Of a stretch of 64,000 nucleotides of DNA, positions 9,332-19,876 are shown piece after piece. How positions within the stretch are numbered: the stretch's first letter is position 1; each line of letters opens with the position of its first letter. A program made the position numbers and the translations under genes. The notes beneath the pieces were generated by a model. The model did no database searches. It worked only from the letters and a program-made list of their open reading frames with translations, and was not told the origin of the DNA. The stretch comes from Leptolyngbyaceae cyanobacterium (GTDB taxonomy: Bacteria; Cyanobacteriota; Cyanobacteriia; Phormidesmidales; Phormidesmidaceae): NCBI GenBank assembly GCA_965263355.1, contig CBDHHL010000056.1:1408001-1472000 (forward strand), read 5' to 3'.

Positions 9332-12289
9332 TTACAAACCATTGCCAATCAAAATAAAGGGAGCCCAATAATAAGGATGGTCAGCACTCGCACTTAGACG
9401 AATTGGCTCTCCCGTCTCGCTATTAACAATATCAATCGCCGCCCTGGGTTCCCCAGCAATCACAGACAAGTCATCCTGAATCAGCGCTAACTGGGCACGA
9501 CGTAGCGCTTCTGCTTTAGGGAAACCTTCACTGAGAGCTAGATAAAACGCATTCATCAAAGCCTGGGTGCCACCATCGTCAACACGCCAGAGAGACGCTA
9601 TAGCAGCTTTGGCTTTAGCGCGTTGGAGCTGATACCCCAGGCCCAGAACTTCAATACCATTGCCCAAATCTATGCCGCCTAAGCCAGTTTGACAGGCACT
9701 TAAAACAACTAAATCAATCCCTGTCAGATCCCAGTTTTCAATCTCTCTAAGTGTAACAACAGTATCATCGCCAAAGAGCAAAAATGAATCGTCAGGCTGA
9801 CCGGAAACAAAGACCCCGTGGGTAGCAAGGTGAATGATATTGTAACGACCTTTTTCTTTGAGTCGGTCTTCTGTTACCTTGCGGCTAAACTCTCGATTAA
9901 TCAAGGTATCAACAGTGGAAATCTGCTCAGTAATTGCATTGACCTCGGTTAGGGTAAAAGGCAAGTCGCTAAACTGATACTGGTTATCACCTACAGTTGG
10001 GCTAAAACTACATTCAGCACAGGCTGCAGCGAGAATACGTTGATCTGTCTGGGGTGGTGTATCAAGACTGCTAACTGATTCAACTGTAATATGACTAATG
10101 GAAAACCGCTCGGCCAACCATTGAGTCCCATCATAAAGAGCGGCTAAGGGGATATAGCGCAGGGCTCCATCGGGAGAATAAACAATAGTTTTAGTATCGA
10201 GCAAAGCTAAGTCGTTCTCAATATCGGCAATCAAATAGTTATAAAGTTTTTGGGCAGCGGATTTGGCATCTTGAGTCGGGTCACGCAGTACATTCCGATA
10301 ATCGAGAATTGCTTTATTGAGATCGTCGGATTTAACGGCGACAGGACGGCGAATCGGTGGGCTATTGGGTGGGATAAGAATTAGCTCCAGGCGATCTTCA
10401 AAGATAAGTGGATAAAGCAGAACGGTATTGGGGAGATTCGCAATGGAGTCTTGCAGCGTCCTGAGGCTGGTTAATTCTATGTTTTGACCGTCGGTTTCGT
10501 TACGTAGTTTCGTTACAGCATCTTTTACCAGGGGATGATTAACAAAATCATTGAAGTTTTTGATCAGTTCGGATTCAGCGTCACCAAATTCGGCTAAAAG
10601 GGCGCTATCTTCTGGTGTACGGTCATTATAAGGAATATCAATAATTCGAGCGATTTCATTATTGACGCTCAGGGTCCTAGTATATAGGTCAATAATGTCT
10701 TCTTCTAGTTGCCAGTAGTTGAGGTCGTTGGTGGTGGTACTGGAGCTGCGTACGTCTTGGAAGTAGTCTTCGAGTTCTTGGGTGCGAAGTAGGTCTAAAA
10801 CAGCCTGGGCTTCGAGGACTCGGTTTTCTTGGAGGAGAAGGTCGGCTAGTTTTCGGTAGGTGTCAGCAACGGTATCAGTGTAGGATTCTTGTTGTTCTTG
10901 GGTGAGTAATTGGTTGCGATCTCGAATGTCTTCATAGACATTAATGGACTGCTTATAAAAAATGATTGCAAGTTCATTAGAGTTTAATGCTTTTAGAGCA
11001 TCAGCAATGCTTGCTAATGAGGTTGCTTCACCTTCTTTGCTTTTATACTGACGATGAACTTGGAGAGCTTGTTGATGAATTTCAACGCTTTCTTCGTATT
11101 CACTCATATAGCTCTTGAGTACTCCGAGCTGATAAAGAAAAAATGCCCTTTGATCGATCAGTTGATCAATGTTCAACACCTTTTCAAGCCAATGAACTGC
11201 AGATTCATAATCTTGCAAACAGATATAAGCTTTAGAAAAGCCATTCATTATCTCATAAGCAGGTTCCCACCAAGAATCTTGTTGCAGGGTTCCTCGTGAC
11301 CTTTCGGCTACTTCAAGATACTTGAGTGCTTCTTCACAACGATTTGATTCAGCTAAAACAATGCCTATATAACCTAAAGAATAGGCTACCGATCTCATTT
11401 CGCTAACACAATTTGAGTCTGTACAGGTTGCACCTGAAATGTGTAGAGCTTGGTTGAGTAAGTTTTGTGCTGCTTCGTACTGCCCCAGTGTTTTATAGAC
11501 CAATGCCATGTGATTTAGTTGCATTGCTCTGAATTGAACTTTATTCTCATGAAAAATAGGAATAGAGCTTTCATCATTGAGAGACACATCAAAAGCCTCT
11601 TGGTAGAAAAGCAATGCTGCATCATAATTACCAAGATAATAGTTGGAAACCCCCAGCCTTTCTAACGTGAGTAAACCTGGCAATCCTTTTGTTTTTTGTT
11701 CTATAAAGTAAATGAGTTCAAGAATATCGATAGCTTCTTGCCAAGACTCTAATCCTTTTGCACTGATAGCCTTGTAAGAAAGATTGTAATCTGAAGCCCA
11801 AAAAAAGAGTTTTAAAGCTCCTATGACCGCATCATACAATCTGTCATCCTCTTTTTGCTCAGCTTGCAGTAAATATTCTTCAAAGTACTTTTTGATCGCA
11901 CTATATTGTTCTCTATCTAATTCTATTCTAGCAACTCTCAAAAGAGTCTCTTGAATCTTTTGAGGCTGTTCTAGCGCAATCAAGACATCTAATAATTCAA
12001 GATATGTCTGAACTGCTTGCTCAAAATCATATTGTCTGCATAATGTTGCTCCTATTTGATTGAGGAGAATGGCTTCCAGATGTCGATCCCCTTCATCTCT
12101 TGCACTTACAAGGGCGTTGGTTAACTCCTTTAAAGTCAGATTGAATTCTGGGCATATTTCTTCTGTAGGTCCACCTATATGAAAAATATCTGAAAATGAT
12201 TTTGCCTCAAATACTGAAGCGGCATAATTTACCTGAGGCATAAGGACTGATATTAGGATTGAGATCGCTATTCCAACCGATTTCAGCAT
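9332..12289 (-). CDS. Secreted TPR-CHAT domain (caspase-like) protease
   Basis: Signal peptide, TPRs, PDGALRYIPLAAL, IIHLATHG, VVLSACQTG, SLWRVDD, HPYYWAPFILIGN. Confidence 0.93.
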   Translation of the reverse strand: MLKSVGIAISILISVLMPQVNYAASVFEAKSFSDIFHIGGPTEEICPEFNLTLKELTNALVSARDEGDRHLEAILLNQIGATLCRQYDFEQAVQTYLELLDVLIALEQPQKIQETLLRVARIELDREQYSAIKKYFEEYLLQAEQKEDDRLYDAVIGALKLFFWASDYNLSYKAISAKGLESWQEAIDILELIYFIEQKTKGLPGLLTLERLGVSNYYLGNYDAALLFYQEAFDVSLNDESSIPIFHENKVQFRAMQLNHMALVYKTLGQYEAAQNLLNQALHISGATCTDSNCVSEMRSVAYSLGYIGIVLAESNRCEEALKYLEVAERSRGTLQQDSWWEPAYEIMNGFSKAYICLQDYESAVHWLEKVLNIDQLIDQRAFFLYQLGVLKSYMSEYEESVEIHQQALQVHRQYKSKEGEATSLASIADALKALNSNELAIIFYKQSINVYEDIRDRNQLLTQEQQESYTDTVADTYRKLADLLLQENRVLEAQAVLDLLRTQELEDYFQDVRSSSTTTNDLNYWQLEEDIIDLYTRTLSVNNEIARIIDIPYNDRTPEDSALLAEFGDAESELIKNFNDFVNHPLVKDAVTKLRNETDGQNIELTSLRTLQDSIANLPNTVLLYPLIFEDRLELILIPPNSPPIRRPVAVKSDDLNKAILDYRNVLRDPTQDAKSAAQKLYNYLIADIENDLALLDTKTIVYSPDGALRYIPLAALYDGTQWLAERFSISHITVESVSSLDTPPQTDQRILAAACAECSFSPTVGDNQYQFSDLPFTLTEVNAITEQISTVDTLINREFSRKVTEDRLKEKGRYNIIHLATHGVFVSGQPDDSFLLFGDDTVVTLREIENWDLTGIDLVVLSACQTGLGGIDLGNGIEVLGLGYQLQRAKAKAAIASLWRVDDGGTQALMNAFYLALSEGFPKAEALRRAQLALIQDDLSVIAGEPRAAIDIVNSETGEPIRLSASADHPYYWAPFILIGNGL

Positions 12290-12341
12290 GACTGAGAAAT
12301 CCTATTGAATAACTCAATTATGGGAAAGCTTATTCTCATGT

Positions 12342-12581
12342 TTAATCTATCCCTTGAGCCACATCTCCTAAATACCTCTGCACAAATGTTTCAGCCGCCT
12401 CCGAATTCAGAGAGCGCAAAGCCTTAACAATATCCACCAACGTCTCAGACGTCGGATCCCGCATTTCATGCACCCAACGATACACATTCGTCCGCTCGAT
12501 ACCCAACGTGGCAGCGAGGCTGTATTGACTAATATCGTAGGTCTCTAAAACCTGCTTTAAAACGCGTCCAGCTTTTCCCAT
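12342..12581 (-). CDS. XRE-family helix-turn-helix regulator
   Basis: ISQYSLAATLGIERTNVYRW...RDP. Confidence 0.9.
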   Translation of the reverse strand: MGKAGRVLKQVLETYDISQYSLAATLGIERTNVYRWVHEMRDPTSETLVDIVKALRSLNSEAAETFVQRYLGDVAQGID

Positions 12582-12617
12582 GACACATATCGTGTCAGAG
12601 GATCATCCACCACAAAA

Positions 12618-12683
12618 GTATACCTACTAGTTGACGCATACCTAATGGACAACTAAGCTAAAAGCGTAAACCATTAGGCATAC
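12618..12683 (+). promoter_or_regulatory. Sigma70-type promoter overlapped by three related operator-like sites
   Basis: TTGACG (12631) -17 bp- TAAGCT (12654); sites 12618-12637 and 12664-12683 match 16/20 as inverted copies; related site at 12636-12653. Confidence 0.7.
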
Positions 12684-12965
12684 ATGTTAACTATGCAACT
12701 CCAAAGCTTTTTAGCCTTGCCTGATCCTGCCATTTCTCCCGAGTCAGCCCTCCAGCTCTACTCAGTTCCCAAACCCGATCGCGAGCCTGTCAAAATCCTC
12801 ATCATCGGTTCCCAGCCAGCTGTTAATACCATTATCCACAGCCTCCACCATCATCACTTTGCCGAACCCTTCGAATGGACTCCATTTCTGCCAACAGAAC
12901 GCCCAATTCAGCTTCAGGCCGGAGAGTCGATGCGATCGCTAATAAAATACCTACCCCGTCAGTAA
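12684..12965 (+). CDS. Cyanobacterial hypothetical protein, divergent from the XRE gene
   Basis: REPVKILIIGS..AV..IIH.LH..FAE..EW motif; clear promoter. Confidence 0.7.
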   Translation: MLTMQLQSFLALPDPAISPESALQLYSVPKPDREPVKILIIGSQPAVNTIIHSLHHHHFAEPFEWTPFLPTERPIQLQAGESMRSLIKYLPRQ

Positions 12966-13126
12966 ACTATTGCAAGCTTTTCCCAGCTCCCCTATGATTT
13001 TCTGGTTTAGCCCATACAGCCCATGGGCCAAGAGGTTCAGGTTGTGTACTCAGCAAGATACAGAGCTTCGCTATAGTAAAGCAAATTCCGTGTTTTGGAG
13101 CCTTGGGCTAAAAAGCTGAGTAAATA

Positions 13127-13762
13127 ATGGCTAACCTGCAACTTCTAGATCCTGAGCGTTCCTATACCGTTCGGTCATACTTTGAAATGCCCTATGACCC
13201 AGAGGACATTCTGGCCGAATTTGGCTACCGCCTAAAAAAATCACGGCTCGTCTTACCTCAAGGACAGCGCATTTTGCCCCAACTCACCGAATTACAGCAG
13301 CGAATTGAACGCACATTACCCGTTGTCAGTTTAACTAGTGAAACCGCCCGTCGAGAAGCCTTAGTCGCCCCTATCCTGATAGACGTCGCTGCTTTCTGCA
13401 ATTGTCAGCTCAAAATCGAATATCCCCTTAACGTCAGTCAATGGCTCAAAGGTAATTTAGATTATTTACTGCGTTCTGACCACGAATTTCTAATTATTGA
13501 AGCAAAAAACGATGACTTATCGCGAGGATTCACCCAGTTAGCAGTCGAGTTAATCGCCCTAGCACAACAACAAGACTCATCAGCACCCTTGTTTGGAGCC
13601 GTGACCATCGGCGAAGTCTGGCGGTTTGGCCAGCTAGATCCTCAACAACAACTAATCATCCAAGATTTAGAACTGTTCAAATTACCAGGGGATTTAGACA
13701 GCCTAGTGTCTGTACTCATTGGCATTATAGAAACACACCCCAATGCCTTATATGAAAGTTAG
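13127..13762 (+). CDS. PD-(D/E)XK restriction-endonuclease-like hypothetical protein
   Basis: GNLDYL...IIEAK...GFTQL...GAVTIGEVWRF. Confidence 0.7.
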   Translation: MANLQLLDPERSYTVRSYFEMPYDPEDILAEFGYRLKKSRLVLPQGQRILPQLTELQQRIERTLPVVSLTSETARREALVAPILIDVAAFCNCQLKIEYPLNVSQWLKGNLDYLLRSDHEFLIIEAKNDDLSRGFTQLAVELIALAQQQDSSAPLFGAVTIGEVWRFGQLDPQQQLIIQDLELFKLPGDLDSLVSVLIGIIETHPNALYES

Positions 13763-13773
13763 TCGCCGTCTAC

Positions 13774-14520
13774 TCACCCCATACTCAAAACCTGACACAG
13801 CTTGTAAAACAACGGTGTTAACAACAATGCGGGCAAAAATGATGCCACTCGAATGGTTGTTACCTTCAATAAATTTAAGCCCAACCCTAGAATAATCACG
13901 CCACCGACGCCGGTTACCAACAAAATGCTGGGCGAAGATGCTGGATCGCCAATCCCGCTAGCCAACAACCCTGCCAACAATGACATTCCACCCTGGTAAA
14001 TAATCACGGGCAACACCGAAAACCCGACGCCAATGCCATAACTGCCGGTCAACGCAATCGACACCAAACCATCCATGGTGCCCTTAATGATCAAAATAGT
14101 GCCATCACCGCTAAGACCGTTGTTGAGACTCCCCAAAATTGTCATGGGGCCAATGCAAAACAACAAACTGGCGGCCACAAACCCTTCAGTAAACTGACCA
14201 CCGCCACCAAATTTAGCTTTTAGGCCATCGCCAATGGCCACGAGACGCTGTTCCACTTGCCACCATTCCCCGAGTAGACCGCCCATCACTAAGGCAACCA
14301 GTCCGACGATGACACCTGCGATCGCACCCGCATCCACCTCAATCAACGGCTGCGCCATCTGCATCCCAATAAATAGTGTAATCAGCCCCACTGCCTGAGT
14401 AATCACATCCTGCATCGCACGGGGTAATCGCCCCCGCAGGATAAGCCCGATTATCGTCCCCAATAATACCAACGCCACATTAATCCAGGTGCCACTTGTC
14501 TTTGCCCATAGGCTTAGCAT
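13774..14520 (-). CDS. DUF554 family membrane protein
   Basis: GTWIN, FTEGFVAASLLFCIGPM, GIGVGFS, YQG. Confidence 0.9.
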   Translation of the reverse strand: MLSLWAKTSGTWINVALVLLGTIIGLILRGRLPRAMQDVITQAVGLITLFIGMQMAQPLIEVDAGAIAGVIVGLVALVMGGLLGEWWQVEQRLVAIGDGLKAKFGGGGQFTEGFVAASLLFCIGPMTILGSLNNGLSGDGTILIIKGTMDGLVSIALTGSYGIGVGFSVLPVIIYQGGMSLLAGLLASGIGDPASSPSILLVTGVGGVIILGLGLNLLKVTTIRVASFLPALLLTPLFYKLCQVLSMG

Positions 14521-14585
14521 TGCACTTTAGAGTCCCCAGCCCCACAATAAATAGAAATAATACCGCCTATATTTTTAATCGTTTT

Positions 14586-15542
14586 ATGGTTTCCGTTAGT
14601 CTGCTTCGAGCCACTAGTTACAATGTCGAAGAATTAGAACAAAAACTGCACACCCTACTGGTACCCCTGGGCGGCATGGAAGCCTACGTCAAACCAGGTC
14701 AGCGGGTACTGCTCAAGCCTAATTTACTCACAGGTGCACGGCCCACAAAAGAATGCACCACTCGTCCAGAAATCGTCTACTGCGTTGCCAAACTAGTCCA
14801 AGCAGTCGGCGGTAAACCATTTCTGGGCGATAGCCCCGCCTTTGGTAGTGCCCATGGTGTAGCCAAAGCCAATGGCTTACTGCAATGGGCTCAAAAACTA
14901 GACCTGCCGATTGTGGAACTCCACGGTAAACGTTACAAGCTTGAACAAGACAGCAACTTTGACAACCTACTACTGTCTAAAGAAGCCATGGAAGCCGATG
15001 TGGTGATCAATCTGCCTAAGGTTAAATCCCACATGCAACTAACCCTTACCCTGGGTGTAAAAAATCTCTTTGGCTGCGTACCCGGCAAAATGAAAGCCTG
15101 GTGGCATATGGAAGCAGGTAAAGACCGTGAGCGATTTGCACAAATGCTGGTGGAAACTGCCCAAACCATTAATCCGGACCTAACGATTTTGGATGGCATC
15201 ATCGGGCACGAAGGGAATGGACCTAGCGGGGGTGAACCAAGACTTCTGGGGGTACTGGGAGCATCCCCCAATGTCTATGCCCTGGACCGAGCCATGGTGG
15301 ACGTACTTCAAGTACCTCCATCACAAATACCAACGGTTGCCGCATCCCAACGATTAGGACTTTGCCCCAATGCCATTGAGTTTGTTCTACAGTCACCGTC
15401 TGACCTATGCATCGATAACTGGCAACTCCCTGAAAAACTAATGCCCATTGACTTTGGCATGCCTCGGGTGCTCAAATCCACCTTTAAGCACCTATATATC
15501 CGTTTTATCAAAGAGCCTATGGCAGCCTATGCGCAGCGTTAA
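14586..15542 (+). CDS. DUF362 domain protein
   Basis: VLLKPN, GDSP, INLPKVKSH, GVKNLFG, EGNGP. Confidence 0.9.
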   Translation: MVSVSLLRATSYNVEELEQKLHTLLVPLGGMEAYVKPGQRVLLKPNLLTGARPTKECTTRPEIVYCVAKLVQAVGGKPFLGDSPAFGSAHGVAKANGLLQWAQKLDLPIVELHGKRYKLEQDSNFDNLLLSKEAMEADVVINLPKVKSHMQLTLTLGVKNLFGCVPGKMKAWWHMEAGKDRERFAQMLVETAQTINPDLTILDGIIGHEGNGPSGGEPRLLGVLGASPNVYALDRAMVDVLQVPPSQIPTVAASQRLGLCPNAIEFVLQSPSDLCIDNWQLPEKLMPIDFGMPRVLKSTFKHLYIRFIKEPMAAYAQR

Positions 15543-15565
15543 ATTATTCAGCCACTCAGCAAACA

Positions 15566-15588
15566 GGGGATGCAATGATCGCATCCCC
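15566..15588. terminator. Hairpin between convergent genes
   Basis: ggggatgc-loop-gcatcccc. Confidence 0.5.
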
Positions 15589-15637
15589 CATCAGCATTGC
15601 TTCAGTTAACTAGAAATAAGTCAACAAAAGTGAGTAA

Positions 15638-16063
15638 CTAGAAGCCAGCCGTCGTTCTTTTCATATTCTTTGCCATTGTCTTAAAGGGGGACATGCTAGG
15701 ACCAGGGCGACGCCGACTTGCTTTAGCTACTGGTGTAGTGTAATCAAAGGTAGGAACTGATTCTGATTCAGTAGCTGATGGTTGATTGGCCGAAGCCGCT
15801 AACGCTGTGCGAATTAGTTCTACAGGATCTGAAATAGACGGCGCTGGAGCAGAAGTAGCAGGTGCTGTCACTTTTTCGCCCTTCTTCTTACTCTTTTCTA
15901 CTTCTGGTTGTGCCGCCGGAGCTTCAGATTGTACTACAGCTTTTGGTGCTGCCACAGGTGCAGCAGCAGGTGCTGGTGGCGGCTCAGGAACGGCTGCTAC
16001 GTCATCTTCAGACAGTTCTAAATAGAATTCAGACTTTTTCTTTCCAAAAAGTTTGCCCAGCAC
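15638..16063 (-). CDS. Pro/Ala-rich hypothetical protein
   Basis: GTG start after AGGAG; FYLEL N-motif and RRRPGPSM..F..MA C-motif around a low-complexity linker. Confidence 0.7.
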   Translation of the reverse strand: MLGKLFGKKKSEFYLELSEDDVAAVPEPPPAPAAAPVAAPKAVVQSEAPAAQPEVEKSKKKGEKVTAPATSAPAPSISDPVELIRTALAASANQPSATESESVPTFDYTTPVAKASRRRPGPSMSPFKTMAKNMKRTTAGF

Positions 16064-16331
16064 TCTAACTACGCTCCTAATCGAACAGCAATGTGGTTGC
16101 TAATTTAAGGAAATACCTTAAATCACAGATTAAGTTATTTCGAGAATCAGCAACGTTCAGCAATAAATACACCGAAACTTATCGGTAACTACAACCTTGC
16201 AGCACTGTAGATACAATCATTATCAAAGTTGACGCTTGTGAGACGCAAGGAAGCGTTAAATCTGTTTACAATTATCAACATTTTTCTTATTTAAGCGATG
16301 TCTTTCTGAAAACGTCCAAATCAAACCCATC

Positions 16332-16369
16332 AAAAATGGCTTCCCACATTATTTACAGGAAGCCATTTT
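16332..16369 (-). terminator. clpC terminator
   Basis: aaaatggcttcc / ggaagccatttt stem with T tail. Confidence 0.75.
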
Positions 16370-16398
16370 ATAACTTGCTTAATAATTGGACAAAAGAA

Positions 16399-18867
16399 TT
16401 AATCCGCGCCCTGGGTCAGCAGCTCACGCTTTTCTTTTTGGGCAATCACAACCTTGCCTTTCTCATCGACATCGACAACAGCGGTATCACCCTCCTTCAA
16501 ACGGCTAGATAGGATTTCCTCAGCCAAGGTATCCTCCAGCAGACGCATGATGGCACGCCGCAATGGTCGAGCGCCGTAGCTGGGGTTGTACCCCTCTTCA
16601 ACTAGACGCTCCTTAAATTTATCGGTCACCTCTAAGGTGATCCCCTGTTCGGTTAACCGACCAAATACTTCCTTAAGCAGGATATCGGAAATTTCCTTAA
16701 CCTCAGGCTTGGTGAGTTGACGGAAGACAATAATCTCGTCCAAACGGTTCAAGAACTCAGGGCGGAAGTATTGCTTAAGTTCCTCGTTAACCAGGGAACG
16801 AATGCGGTTGTACTGCGATTCAGCGGCGTCTTCCTCTAGCTCAAAGCCAAGGCCACCGCCTCCTTTCTCGATTACCTTAGAACCAATATTAGAGGTCAGA
16901 ATCAATAGGGTGTTCTTGAAGTCCACCGTACGCCCTTTGGCATCGGTCAAGCGACCATCTTCCAAAATCTGCAACAGCATGTTGAAGACATCGGGGTGGG
17001 CTTTTTCGATTTCGTCAAAGAGGACAACGGTGTAAGGACGACGACGAACGGCCTCGGTCAGCTGGCCACCTTCGCTATAACCGACGTAGCCCGGAGGGGA
17101 ACCAATCAGCTTAGAAACAGTGTGGCGCTCCATAAACTCGGACATGTCAAGGCGAATCATCGCCTCTTCAGACCCAAAGAAGTAAGCGGCCAATGCCTTG
17201 GTTAATTCTGTCTTACCAACACCGGTAGGCCCAGAGAATACAAAGCTCGCAATGGGGCGGTTGGGATTCTTTAGACCCACACGGGCACGGCGAATTGCTC
17301 GAGAAATCGCCTTCACGGCTTCATCCTGACCGATAACGCGCTGATGCAGCGTATCTTCCATATTGAGCAGCTTCTCAGACTCGGTCTCAGTTAGTTTATT
17401 AACTGGTACACCAGTCCATGACGCGACGATATGGGCAATGTCTTCCTCTGTGACGACGGGAGATTCAGGAGTGCTGGCGTCATCGGTGCGCTTGCTCTGG
17501 GCAATCGCTCGAATTTCAGCCTTGATTTCCATTTCGCGATCGCGTAACTCCCCGGCCTTATCAAAGTCCTGAGACCGCACCGCGTTGTCCTTATCTTTGA
17601 GCACACCGCGCAGTTCGCGATCGAGTTCCTTTGCTGCCGGTGGTAGCTGAGAGTTAATCAACCGCACCCGTGACCCCGCTTCGTCAACTAAGTCGATAGC
17701 CTTGTCAGGCAAATAGCGGTCAGAAATATAGCGATCAGCCAGCTTAGCGGCAGCTTCTAAGGACTCATCCAAAATCTTGAGCTTATGATGCTGTTCGTAA
17801 CGATCGCGCAAACCATGCAGAATTTCAATGGTCTCTTCAACAGTGGGCTCACCGACCATCACTGGCTGAAAACGACGCTCTAAAGCAGCATCCCGTTCAA
17901 TATGCTTACGGTATTCATCTAGGGTGGTAGCACCGATACACTGTAGCTCACCGCGAGCCAATGCAGGCTTCAAGATGTTGGCCGCATCAATGGCTCCTTC
18001 AGCTGCCCCTGCACCGATCAGCGTATGAACCTCATCAATCACAAGAATGACATTCGCTGCAGAACGAATCTCATCCATGATCTTCTTCAAACGTTCTTCA
18101 AATTCTCCTCGATACTTAGTACCGGCCACCAGTAATCCAATATCTAGGGTGACTACTCGCTTTTCTTCGAGGATATCGGGTACATCACCATTGGCAATAC
18201 GCTGGGCTAACCCTTCAGCAATAGCGGTTTTACCCACACCTGGTTCACCAATTAAAACGGGATTATTTTTGGTACGACGACCCAGGATTTGGATCACCCG
18301 CTCAATTTCTTTTTGACGACCTACAACCGGGTCTAACTTGCCCTCAGATGCCATTTGGGTCAAATTAGAGCCAAATTCATCAAGGGTAGGCGTCTTAGTC
18401 CGGCCCTGACTGCCACCGGTAGACACTTCGGCAGTCTCACCCAGCATCCGAATCACCTGCGTGCGGACCTTAGATAGGTCAACACCAAGGTTTTCAAGGA
18501 CACGAGCAGCAACGCCTTCGCCTTCACGAATTAAACCGAGTAGCAAATGCTCGGTACCAATATAGTTATGACCTAGCTGACGGGCCTCTTCCAAGGAAAG
18601 CTCCAACACCCGCTTAGCACGAGGTGTGAAGGGAATCTCTACAGCAACAAACCCGGAACCACGACCGATAATCTTTTCAACTTCGATCCGAGCGTCTTTT
18701 AGATTTACCCCCATGGATTTCAGAACTTTGGCGGCTACGCCGGTTCCTTCTCCAATGAGACCGAGAAGGATTTGCTCAGTACCCACAAAATTGTGACCCA
18801 GGCGGCGGGCCTCTTCTTGGGCGAGCATGATCACCTTAATGGCTTTTTCTGTAAAGCGTTCAAACAT
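16399..18867 (-). CDS. clpC: ATP-dependent Clp protease ATP-binding subunit ClpC
   Basis: [26 protein letters not shown]; two AAA+ modules ([16 protein letters not shown]). Confidence 0.98.
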   Translation of the reverse strand: MFERFTEKAIKVIMLAQEEARRLGHNFVGTEQILLGLIGEGTGVAAKVLKSMGVNLKDARIEVEKIIGRGSGFVAVEIPFTPRAKRVLELSLEEARQLGHNYIGTEHLLLGLIREGEGVAARVLENLGVDLSKVRTQVIRMLGETAEVSTGGSQGRTKTPTLDEFGSNLTQMASEGKLDPVVGRQKEIERVIQILGRRTKNNPVLIGEPGVGKTAIAEGLAQRIANGDVPDILEEKRVVTLDIGLLVAGTKYRGEFEERLKKIMDEIRSAANVILVIDEVHTLIGAGAAEGAIDAANILKPALARGELQCIGATTLDEYRKHIERDAALERRFQPVMVGEPTVEETIEILHGLRDRYEQHHKLKILDESLEAAAKLADRYISDRYLPDKAIDLVDEAGSRVRLINSQLPPAAKELDRELRGVLKDKDNAVRSQDFDKAGELRDREMEIKAEIRAIAQSKRTDDASTPESPVVTEEDIAHIVASWTGVPVNKLTETESEKLLNMEDTLHQRVIGQDEAVKAISRAIRRARVGLKNPNRPIASFVFSGPTGVGKTELTKALAAYFFGSEEAMIRLDMSEFMERHTVSKLIGSPPGYVGYSEGGQLTEAVRRRPYTVVLFDEIEKAHPDVFNMLLQILEDGRLTDAKGRTVDFKNTLLILTSNIGSKVIEKGGGGLGFELEEDAAESQYNRIRSLVNEELKQYFRPEFLNRLDEIIVFRQLTKPEVKEISDILLKEVFGRLTEQGITLEVTDKFKERLVEEGYNPSYGARPLRRAIMRLLEDTLAEEILSSRLKEGDTAVVDVDEKGKVVIAQKEKRELLTQGAD

Positions 18868-19192
18868 GGCGGCTTTTCATCACCTGGCTTGTGCGGAGTT
18901 GACCTGATTCTAGCACAGCCATTTTTGGTGAAACTGTGCCGGTATTCACGACTTGCAATGGATTTGACAACCAAAAAAGACTGACTTGAACAAAATTTTG
19001 GCCGATGGCGTCTTGAAGTTGAGTTGGATTTGCCTTAGTCGCCCTAGCTACATCGTGCACCACTGAGTACTGAGTCTCTTAACCTGGATTTAAGAGTAAC
19101 CCAGTCCTAGTTTGGTAACCAAATGCCTTGAATTTAGATATTTTGACTGACGACTTATTTTCAGCATCATACACATAAATATTTAATACGTA

Positions 19193-19744
19193 TTAATGAG
19201 TATTCTTTACATGGGAAACCCACTGATATTGATGCTTAACCAACGTTTCTTTGCATTCCTGTTCTAAGGTTGCTAACCCTTGCAAGCACTCGGATGTTTG
19301 TAATTGACTACGCCACAAAATCAGTGCGTCCTCGTCATCTTGGTAATAACGTTTACGGCGTCCTGCTGTTTTGAAGCCAAATTTTTGGTATAGGTCCAAT
19401 GCTCGGTAGTTAGAGGCACGTACCTCCAGGGTGGCGTGGGTAAGCCCACGGTGATGAGCTAGCTGTAATAGCAGCAGCAGCAACAGCTGCCCTAAATATT
19501 GGCGACGATACTCAGGATGAATCGCTAAGGTAGTGATGTGGGCTTCATCGACAATTGCCCACACACATCCCAGACCAATCACTTGGTCATCAATTAATAG
19601 CACTAGCAAATCGCTATTAGGACTTTCAATTTCACGCTGATAGCCCGCTGCGGTCCACATCCCCCCTAAGCAAATTTGATCCAGGGCAAGCACCGCAGGC
19701 ACCAGGTCATTGGTCAAAACTTGGCAAATTAATGGTGTCGTCAT
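19193..19744 (-). CDS. rimI: Ribosomal protein alanine N-acetyltransferase
   Basis: EAHIT, TLEVRASN, GRRKRYY...EDA. Confidence 0.9.
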   Translation of the reverse strand: MTTPLICQVLTNDLVPAVLALDQICLGGMWTAAGYQREIESPNSDLLVLLIDDQVIGLGCVWAIVDEAHITTLAIHPEYRRQYLGQLLLLLLLQLAHHRGLTHATLEVRASNYRALDLYQKFGFKTAGRRKRYYQDDEDALILWRSQLQTSECLQGLATLEQECKETLVKHQYQWVSHVKNTH

Positions 19745-19876
19745 AGAGATGGGTAGGCTGAAGCCACCGAAGAATCAATCGTTTCTGTACCAAAGCTGCC
19801 AGGTGATCGGTGACGAATTGTACACTGGAGCTTGCATTGGGTGATCGCACCCGCTGACAACTTTTGCAGAGTATCT

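Noticed and set aside
18860..19063. 67-aa ORF upstream of clpC
   Set aside because: No recognisable features; probably clpC leader or promoter DNA
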